Assembly (NCBI GenBank): GCA_043228905.1
Contig: JBHGNT010000012.1
Span: 8,184,001 to 8,248,000 of the forward strand
Direction: 5' to 3'
DNA from: Azolla caroliniana
Taxonomy: Eukaryota; Plantae; Polypodiophyta
Length of the DNA: 64,000 bases
Below the pieces are notes generated by a model. That model did not search any database. It was not told where the DNA came from and was given only the letters and a program-made list of their open reading frames with translations. The position numbers and the translations under genes are program-made. Numbering within the stretch: the stretch's first letter is position 1; each line of letters opens with the position of its first letter. This document shows, in pieces, positions 34,575 to 44,900 of this stretch.

Positions 34575-37500
34575 AGAATGGGTCAAAGTATAAATTATTT
34601 GCAAATTCTAATCAAGTTGTGGACAATGTGATACTAGTGCATCCAATTTTTGTAGAGAGGGTATATTTGGATATTTTCAAGAAGATTCTACAAGTGGAAT
34701 GTGCGATCCTTCCACTTGTGAACGTGAACGTGTTGGTAGATCCTTCTTGTACAAAGAAATGTTGATCTACCTCTATATCACCAATAGTAACCTTTACATT
34801 TCGGCATGCACCAAATAAATCTTCGGTACCTAATGTGGATGCTTTTACACGCCAACCATGATGAGTATCAATTGGCCATCTACCTTTCTTGTAAAAATCA
34901 ACACTCATTATATTTATTTCAGAACCATGATCAATAAGTGTCATCCTCGGATCTGGCACATTTCCAATCTTCACATGATGCTCAGTAGTGGCACTTGCCC
35001 AACATTTGTGAGAGTAGTGGCTTCTTGCATCTGTTGAACTTATCATTGAGGTTTATGCATGTTGAGAGTCAACAATGATATTGTTTGACTCGTTGCACAC
35101 CACTTCATATGCCACCTTCAAATTTGTCTCTTTAACCTACCCATTTACTTACTTCTTTCTTTGCACAATATCAATTATTTCATCATGAAATTCAATTTTT
35201 GCAATACCTAACACTTCTCTTAGTGTAAATTCTACTCGACTGTCTAGTATTCTTGTTTCTAAAATTTTATTTAAATCTTTATCCTTTTCAATATCAAACA
35301 TTAATTTGAATGACTAACCAGATTTACCATTTTCGATTTTTGCGTCCATCTCTTTTCTTTTGCTTTCTCTTGTTTCATGCTTTTTTGTCAGGCCAATCTC
35401 ATCATCCGGCCTTTTCCTTTTTTCTTCCATTATCACTTCATGGTTTTGGTGTTCTTGCATCTGAGCATAGACTGTCATAGCATCTACCGAAACATCCCAT
35501 CCAATACTTTTCCTTACAGAATCTCCAACAACACGAAGGTCTTCCATCTTCAGCTTCTGCTTTTGTGTGGAACTTACAACCTTCTCCCAGAATGATGATC
35601 GGCATGGCATGTCGTTGAGACGCATTCCTGTCGTTGCCGAAGTAGTACATTGTGGAAGCCTTTTTTGCTTCAACTTCTTCAAACTTAACCTTAACACCAC
35701 CATCACCAAAGTTCTTTGTGGATGGATATCTAGTTTTAGTTAAGTAAATCTTATCATTTTTCCAATAGACCAAGTCTCAATTTTCCATGTCTTTATACTC
35801 CTCACAATCACGTAATCGATGTTCAAGACTATCGCACCACATGCATCGAGGTCAAAATGGTTCCCTTAACCTTGAAGTCTGACCATTCTTAAGCTTTGCC
35901 ACTTTAATTGTTAAGTTTTTCATACTTTGAACTAAATAATCAAGCAAAGACTCTCTCTTAATTCCGATCATTTCTCATGGTTAATGCACCATTTTGTGTG
36001 ATGGTTCTCAACCAAGTCCTTGAACTTCAATGTTTTCCTCAAGCCGATTCGTGATTCCCACATGTGGTATTTGTAGCATTGCACCATTCCTTTGCATTCT
36101 TTTCATAAATTTATTACAAGCATTTGTTACCTCATTCCAATCTACAGTTATACCATCCTCGGTATTTGGAACCTCAAGCATAAATTCCAACTCTTTCCTA
36201 TATCTCTTGTCTACTGCCTGCAAAAATAAAGCAACCTTTTGCCAAGACAAAGAATTTCTTTCTTCTGGCTTTAAGTGTCCAAACAATCTATCAAACTCCT
36301 TTTCTGTGTCAGCTATAGATAATCCTTTATCTTCTTTTAAGACCCATTCATGGAATGAACGCATAGTAACTCGAGAGAAATCTTCACAAGAATATTCAAA
36401 CACAAGTGCTTCTTTGAATGCATTCCAATCCAAACTATGTAATGTTTGTATTTCACGAATTCTATCTCTTAATTCCATGTCCACTAATTTATAAAAGTTT
36501 GCTATCATATTGACATCATTCACACTAGACATTTCCATTTCATCATAATATATATTCACATACTTTGAAATATTTGTACCATCAAACACAACAATCTTCT
36601 CTCAGACTTCCCGTAAGGCATGAAATAATTGATCTTGATTCAATTTTTCAATAAACAACCTTACCGGATCCATTGTGCTTGTACTTGCCATGTTGATTAC
36701 TCGCCACAATCGATTGTCTCTTCTATTTCCCCGTTTCATGTCGGGTTCAACAAACATGTCGTGACATAGCTTGCCTACAAGGGTCGCATTGCAGAGACAA
36801 AAGATAACGTGAAAATGAGGAAGGGATCACTGGGATTATGGACAAAAGAGACAAAATAATAGAGGTAGAGTAAATAGAGATCAACAAGATATGACAAGAT
36901 AGGATATAGGATGATATTTGAAGGAATAAAAGAAATTTATAATTATTTGATGAAAGAGTTACAAAATGGTTGGGAGCGTCGCTGAACCTTTGAACTTTGT
37001 CTCACAAGGTAATTGCTCTTCTCTTTCTTGATAGTAAGCCACAACAATTTTCACTTCAATATTTCGATGAAGGTAAGAATCGAACCGCTGCCTTTTCATT
37101 GCAAGTTGAGCACCACAACCATCAAACTAGCTCTTTTCTTATTTTTTCTTTTTCACTTGATCTTTCCATCTTATGACATCTCTTATATAATATAATTCTA
37201 TTTTATTCTCTTGAAATATCAAATAATATAGTTTTTCGAACTCAATCCTTCCATATCCTTGTGACTATACTCCCTTCTCCTTTTATAGGAAGGGGATGGT
37301 TTTGCATGTGGGCCATATGTCACACATGTAGAGAGGGATCTTGCATGTGTGTTATATGGTGCACATGTAATACATTGCATGGTTTAGACTATACATTATC
37401 AATTCAAATAATATAATATATACATGGATATACAAATCATCGATATTGGATAAATGGTAAGGTTCGAGACTAGTAAGGTAGATGTTGTTAGATCAAGTCC

Positions 37501-40054
37501 TCTCTTGCCAATGTAATATGGTGTACATATAATACATTATATGGTTTATGGTTTAAACCATACAATACTACTTCAAATAAAACAATAACATATATGTTTT
37601 TATATATATTACAAGTATAGGGTAAATGGTAAGGTTTGAGAGTCATAAGGTGGTTGGCTATTGGTTCAAGTCCACTCTTATAACATATGTATATTCTATT
37701 TGCCTCTACATATAATGTATAATATTACCATAGTGTGTTGTTAATATTATCTTTATAAATCATTATCAAGATTTTTTTTATTTTAATTACGTATTTATCT
37801 TATTGTAGACTTTTAATGTGAAGCTTTCCTACTTCACGACAACGGAAGAGACGAGAATCGAGAATTTGGTCGACCTCATATTCTTCTCTGGTCAAGAGTT
37901 GGATTGGTGGTGGAGGAGAAGGATGTCAACCAAGGATTTCAGATATATGGTGAGGTTCCAAAAGGGAGACATGGAATACATTATGAATACGGAAGTGGGA
38001 TGGTAGCTCTAAGCGAACAGCCATGGAACCAATTTTCTCAATGATTCGGAAAGGGCCTAACTTCTTGTAATCAAGCTTCGGACAAGGACGAGTGGTGGCA
38101 ATATTGCAATGGAGAAGCCAAACAAAGTCCCCTAGCTCGAACCGGGGAGCATCTAAGCAAAGACGATTAGCTTTCTCCTTGTAGCATTCGCCAGCGAGGG
38201 TGAGCTCCAAGGAAAGGTCGCAATGTACATACATCCTCCAAGAGACGTGCCCGATCCTCCACAGAAGGATTGATAGAGTCAAAAGGACGTGAGTTGAAGC
38301 AGGGGTCGACACTGTAGTTTGCAAAAAATGGAGTAACTCTCGTAGATGCATGTAGAGAGTTGTTGTGGGCGAATTCAACAAGTGGGAGAAGGTCAACCCA
38401 ATTGTCTTGTTGGTAGCTAAGAGAGCACTGCAAGTATTGTTCTAGGATTTGGTTAACCTGCTCTATTTGTCCATCGGTTTGCGGATGATAGGCGGAAGAC
38501 AGATTCACAGTATAACCAAAGGTTTGCAGAAGGCATCGCTATAAATTGGAAACAAATTGTGGTCCTTGATCAGAAGTGATATCATCCGGGAGGCCATGCA
38601 GTCAAACCACATTTTTTAAAAACAAATTGGTGGTCTCCTCTTCGGTAATGGTTTTGGCACATGGAGCAAAATAAGACATCTTGGTGAAGCGATCGACCGT
38701 GACAAATACCGAGTCATAGCCACTAACCAAGGGAAGGTAAGTGATGAAATCCATGGAAAGAGAGGCCGATGGCCATTTGGGGATTGGCAGATGGTGAAAG
38801 AGACCATATGGTCGATTATGAGATGCTTTAGGGCGAGCACAAACGTCGCATGACTTAATGAACTCTTTGACCAATTTCCATGGTTGTGGCCACCAATACC
38901 CCTGAGATATCAACTCCAAGGTTTTCGCAACGCCAAAATGACCAACAAGTGGATCATCATGACACTCATGGGGCACCTTGATCCGACACGGGCCTTTTGG
39001 GACATACAAAAGATTATCTTGAAACAAAAGATTATCCTGAATTGTACAATGAGCTAAATCAGGCCTTTTGGGTTCATGGGAGAGGTTTGTGATACTTACC
39101 TTGACCTCTGTGGCGAACTTGTCAATCGTAGTGGCTTCTACTATTTGCTTGAGCAAAGGGTCATCCCGGAGCACGCAAATCGTGAAGTTGTAGAGTTGGT
39201 CAGGCTTTAACAAACTCTGGGACTGTTGGACATAGGCTTCATCCGCCGGAGTGAGCTCGAACGCAAACCGATGGGATAAGACATCGGTCATCGTGTGTTG
39301 AGCACCAGATCGAATGATTATCTCAAAATCATAGTCTACCAAGAAGGTTGACCATCACGACTGTCTATGATTTAAAGTTCGTGTGGTAGAAAAGTATATT
39401 AGATTTTTGTGATCGGTAATCATTTGGACATGGTGTTGCGCCCCGGCTAAATAGGGTCTTCATTCTTCAAACGCAGCAATAATAACGAGATGCTCCTTGT
39501 CATATATGGGGTAGTTGATTTCTGGGGCCGTGAATTTACGGGAGTAGTAAGCCACCGAGTGAAGCACACCTACCTCATCTGGCTGGGAGAGGATCACCCC
39601 AATGGCAAAATCCGAAGCATCTGTTTCGACTTGGAAAGGCTTAGTGGGGTCAAGATGTAAAAGGACCGGTGCCATAGTAAAGGCTTGTTTCAGCAAGTGG
39701 AACGCCTTTTGTGCAGTTGTTGTCCATTCGAAAGTAGCATCCTTTCGGGTAAGAGCAATGAGAGGTTGTGCAATCATTGAGAATCCTTTGATGAAGCGAC
39801 GATAAAAATTGGCAAAACGAGGAATGATTGCACATCTCGTACCCAAGTTGGGACAACCCACTCTTGGATAGTCTTGACTTTCCGTGTGTCCATTGTGATT
39901 CCCTGTGTCAAGATGACATACCCAAGAAACTCAATAGAAGTACGATAAAATTCATATTTTTCACTTTTACCATAGAGTTCATGCTCGCGAAGTTTGGCGA
40001 GGACTAACCTGACATGTCGAGTATGCTCCTTGATGTTCGAAGAGAAGACCAAGA

Positions 40055-41076
40055 TGTGTCTCCTCCTCCCATTCTTGGCAGGTATCGGAAACTGCCCTTT
40101 TTTGTTGGGGTTGGGTGGGTGGTGATGCCGATGCGAGGTTTTGGTCGGCGGTGGGAGGTGAAGACGATGTTGGCTCTTCCCATGCTTCGTGGCTGAGGGC
40201 AACCAATTTCTCCTTCCTCCTTCGTGGTGGTGGTGGGGACGTGAGTGCCCGAGGGGAAGGAAGAGAAGAGGGCAGGTATAGAACCGTCAAAAACTGGGTA
40301 AGAACAGACAACATCTTCTTACTTGACTGGAATGAGGTTAAGGCGGCGCGGAGTCCTTCGCCTGTGATGATTCCCCAGTCGATTATGTTCCCTTCACAGG
40401 CGCTGATGATGATGGCGGCCTTGTTCTGTGGCATGCTCGTCGGGTTCGTATGCACGAACGCATACTCCATCAATATCCGAGCAATCTCCCCGAAAGCTCT
40501 GTTGGGGCCGCCATACGTGCGGTATGCCTTCCCTGAGGCAGAGTACTCACCGAAGTACTCTTTCAGCTTCGTTGCCGGGGGTATGTCGACATCATGGTCG
40601 CCTCCCCGTTGCAGGTCCAAAGCAGCCCGAAGCACGTTGTTGGTGATGGCTTCGGGAGAAATATGTCTAGCCACTGTTTGGGTGTCCGGGTGCACGGGGG
40701 CATCGATGATCTTCAGGTAACCTCCCATTCCTCGTTCCTGAAGCCAGGCGTGGGTTTCTGATGAAGCAGTGAGAGGCATGATGGAGTGTGCCTGCGTGGA
40801 AGAATGAGGCAGAGTGATGAGGCGAGGGCGAGACAGAGAAGGAACAGATGACAGGCGAGGTGCTGTGGAGGGGTTGTGGGGGCGAAAGAGGGCTTGAGAG
40901 CAAGAGCGTTTAGGGCGATGAGAGCGAGAAGGAGCTTCAGAGCTTGAGAGAGATGGAGGTTGGGAGCGATAATGAGCTTCTGTGCATGTGCTGCGTTTTG
41001 GAAACGGTTTTAGTATCTTACTCCTAGGGTTTTGTGCCAAAAACGAATCCTGAATATTCTGAGGCGTGGGTGCCAT
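40055..41076 (-). CDS. Additional sense ORF downstream of integrase, unknown function, truncated at the element end
   Basis: Open frame with a globular-looking core (WLQERGMGGYLKII...IIDWGII) flanked by S/P-rich segments. Confidence 0.55.
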
Positions 41077-41981
41077 AATAAGTGACTAGCGCCACGTGTC
41101 ATGAAGGTGAGTGGGGTGCTTCGAGTGCTGTGCATGGGCCTTAAATAGGTACTAAATGAGAGGTGGCTAGGGGTGCTCCTAAATTGTGGGTGCCTAGGTG
41201 GGTGGTGTAGGTGTAGCTAATCGACGACTAAACTATGGTTAATCCTACCTACTTTATTAATTTCAAAGTGGGTGGGTCCTTATCAAGGGGGACACGTGGC
41301 CTCCTTCGTGGTGGTATCCCGAAGCTCTTTTGTGTCGTCCGGCTCGGTAAACGGGTTGAGTGGTGTAGTGCCTCGATATGGTCGAAGTCGGAAACCATTG
41401 GCCCAGCGCTTGACAATGTCGCCGGCGAGTGTGCCGAGTTGGAACGTCCCGTTGAACTCGTCGATAATCCAGAATGGACCGGTCCACCGAAATCTTAACT
41501 TTCCCGGCATTGACCCAAGTCGTGTTTGAAAAAGAAGAACAGGTTTGCCAAGGGTGAGCTCCTTCTCCAGCCCTTTTCGATGTCGATCCACGAAAGCCTT
41601 CCGTTGTCGTTGGCGTTGTTCGAGCTGGGCCATGCTCTCTATCCTCTCTTCGCCGAGTTCGAGGAGTTGTTCCAGCCGGTATTGCTCGGATTGGACTTCG
41701 GGGAACCGTGCTTTGACTTGAACTCGGAGGCTCGGGACTTGGAACTCGACGAGCATCACGGCTTCTAACCCGAACGCCATTCGAAAGGGGGTTGATTGGA
41801 TACTCGTTTTGAAAGTCGTACGATACGCCCAGAGTGCGCTCTGGAGCTTGTCATCCCAATCGGTCCTATTTTCATTGACAATTTTCTTCAGTATGGTTTG
41901 GAGGATTTTATTGGTCAATTCCGCCAAGCCGTTCGCCTGCGGGTAGTATGGTGTGCTTTTCTTGTGCACCACCGCATAGTG

Positions 41982-44900
41982 TGTTGGGATTTCGGTCCCT
42001 CCGGATGGGATGTCCGGAGATGAATGACGGCAAGCCCGGAGGATGTTACGGAACCGGATGATGAAGAGTACCCGGATACGGAACCGGATGATGAAGAGTA
42101 CCCGGATACGGAACCGGATGATGAAGAGTACCCGGCATGAAGCCGGATGAAGAGTACCCGGATACGGCTCCGGATGATGAAGACCCCGGTTACAGAGCCG
42201 GATGACGAATGTACCCGGAGAGAGATCCGGATGCGGGGACATGTTTGTGAATATGTTTGCCAAGAGCCCTTGAGGCTATATTTGTAAATAGCCCGAAAGT
42301 CATATGTGTATAAATATGACTTAGGGCAAACAGTTATATGTTGTTGCTTATTTTTCTGTTTTCCACTTAGAGAGAGTGAAGATAGCAGCCGAGAGAGAGA
42401 GAGAGAGAGAGAGAGACGAGGAGGTCGTTGCCTCTGTGTATTACCGCCGCCTGTGGCGAAGACAGTGAGCTCAAGGTTGTTGCCTTAAAGCTTCACCATT
42501 GTACATCTCTGTTCATAGTGATAGTTGGAGTTTGAGGACTCCCGTGGTTTTTCCCATTTAGGGTTTTCCACGTAAAATATCCTGTGTACTCTTCTCTCTA
42601 TTGTCCTTGTGTACTTTGTATTTCCTATTTTCTGTGAGTTGATCCTATTCCTCGGTTGTGGCCGAGCACCGTTTGCAACAACGTGGTATCAGAGCGACGG
42701 CAGTGCAGAAAATGGAAGGCGGCAGCAGCGGGCAGCCGGGAATGATGGTGCTGAATGCGCAGAACTACGCCGACTGGAAGATCAAGATGGAGGATCTTTT
42801 GATTGTTCGGGACCTGTATGAACCGATTGACAGGTCGGAAATACCGAAGGGGGTACTTGAGACGGAATGGAGGCTTCTGAACCGGAAAGCCGTTGCAACC
42901 ATTCGGCAATACGTCGATGTGAGCGTTCTACAACATGTGGCGAACAACACCAACGCATACGAGATGTGGCGGAAGCTGTCGGGCCTCTACGAGAGGAAGA
43001 ATGCGTTGAACCAGACCTCCCTGATGAGGAAAATAGTGAACCTCAAGTACCGCGACGGCGAGAGTATGGTGGAACACGTAAGCACGTTCATGGGATTCGT
43101 GAACCAGCTTGCGGCGATCAAGTTCCCGTTGGAGGATGCAATGCAAGCCATCATCCTGATGTGTACATTGCCGGACAGCTGGGAGAACTTGGTGGTGACT
43201 CTCAGCACCTCCTGCGCCGAAGACAACTTGTCCTTACAAACGGTAAAGACAAGTATTTTGAACGAAGAAGCGCGTCGGAGAGACAAAGAACCGGCCTCCG
43301 ACCCGAAGGCGCTGCTTACCGAATCGGAACGGGGAAGACACTGGAACCGGAGTCCGCAAAGACGGGAGAAGTCAGGGACCCGGTCGCAGTCAAGAGGAAG
43401 ACCCACATGCTTCCACTGTGGGAAGCCAGGGCACTTCCGGAAGAATTGTCGGCATTACCGAAAGGAAAACGAAGCCGACGACACCGATTCGAAGAAGTCA
43501 CCGGAGAGAAACGGTGCATACCGGGGAGCCACGGACCGGAGAGGTCCGGATCGGCGAGGGCAGGACCGGAAAGGAACGACGGCACTTGCGGCAAGTGAAG
43601 AAGAGATAATGCTCATTACCGAAGAAAGGGAGCTGAACCTTGCCGATGAAGAGATGACCTGGGTGGTCGATTCCGGAGCATCGTTCCACCTGACCCCGGA
43701 GAGAAGATACTTCTCATCCTACACAGCCGGTGAGCATGGTTGTGTCCGGATGGGAAATGAAGGCACATGCCGGATTGCCGGCATAGGAGACGTGTGGCTG
43801 ATGACATCAACCGGATGCAAGATGCTGCTGAAGGATGTGCGACACGTTCCGGAGGTTCGATTGAACCTGATTTCGGCCGGGAGGCTAGACGATGAAGGCT
43901 ACACGGGTAGCATCCGGAACGGTGTCATGAAGTTCAGTAAAGGGAGCCTGATAGTGGCTCGGGCCCGGAAGATCAACACGTTGTACCTGATGAATTCCCG
44001 GCTATGTCCGGAAGAGCTGAATGTGGCAGCCGACACTGCCGGTGAGCTGTGGCACAAAAGACTGTGCCACATGAGTGAGAAGGGGATGAAGAGGCTTGCA
44101 GAAGACAACCTCATTCCAGTGAAGCATGTGCACCTGGAGAAGTGCACCGATTGCCTGGCCGGTAAACAGAACCGAACCTCCTTCCACTCAAGGCCACCGA
44201 CGAGACGTAGTGCACCATTGGAGTTGGTGCACACTGATGTGTGTCAGGTAGAAACGAAGTCACATGGCGGAGCCCAGTACTTCGTAACATTCATAGATGA
44301 CCACAGCCGGAAGCTGTGGACGGCACCGCTGAAGACAAAGGACCAAGTATTGTCCGTCTTCAAAGAACTCCACGCGAGAGTGGAAAGAGAATCCGGCAAG
44401 AAGCTGAAAGCGATACGAGCGGATAACGGAGGGGAATACCGGGGGCAGTTCGCAGAGTACTGTCGCTCGAAGGGAATCCGGCTCGAGTTTACTGTGCCGA
44501 AGACGCCGGAACTGAACGGGCTGGCCGAGAGGATGAACCGGACCATAATGGAGAGGGTCCAGAGTATGCTGGCGCATGCGAAATTACCCAAGGGGTTTTG
44601 GGCTGAGGCAATGTCGACGGCGACATACGTGATAAATAGATCACCCTCAGTACCTTTGGACGGAGACACGCTGCAGAAAGTGTGGACCGGTAAGGAAGTA
44701 TCCTACCGGCATCTGAAGGTGTTCGGGTGTCTCGTTTACGTGCATGTGGCAAAGGACCGGAGAGGAAAGCTAGATCCAAAGACCCGGCCATGCATATTCC
44801 TCGGTTACGGCGACGACGAGTTCGGCTACCGAGTATGGGACCCGGTCGACAAGAAGATATTCAGGAGTCGAGACATCATCTTCATGGAGGACAAGACACT

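Larger units (their letters stand above)
28639..37841 (-). mobile_element. Degenerate non-chromovirus Ty3/gypsy with tRNA-Trp PBS
   Basis: LTRs 28639-29280 (internally deleted) and 36757-37841 (TGTCGTG...CACGACA), 4-bp TSD ACGG, decayed Trp PBS near 36736-36752, gag (FDGTNIS), protease (LIDHGSE), RT (PFLDD), RH and IN fragments. Confidence 0.85.
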
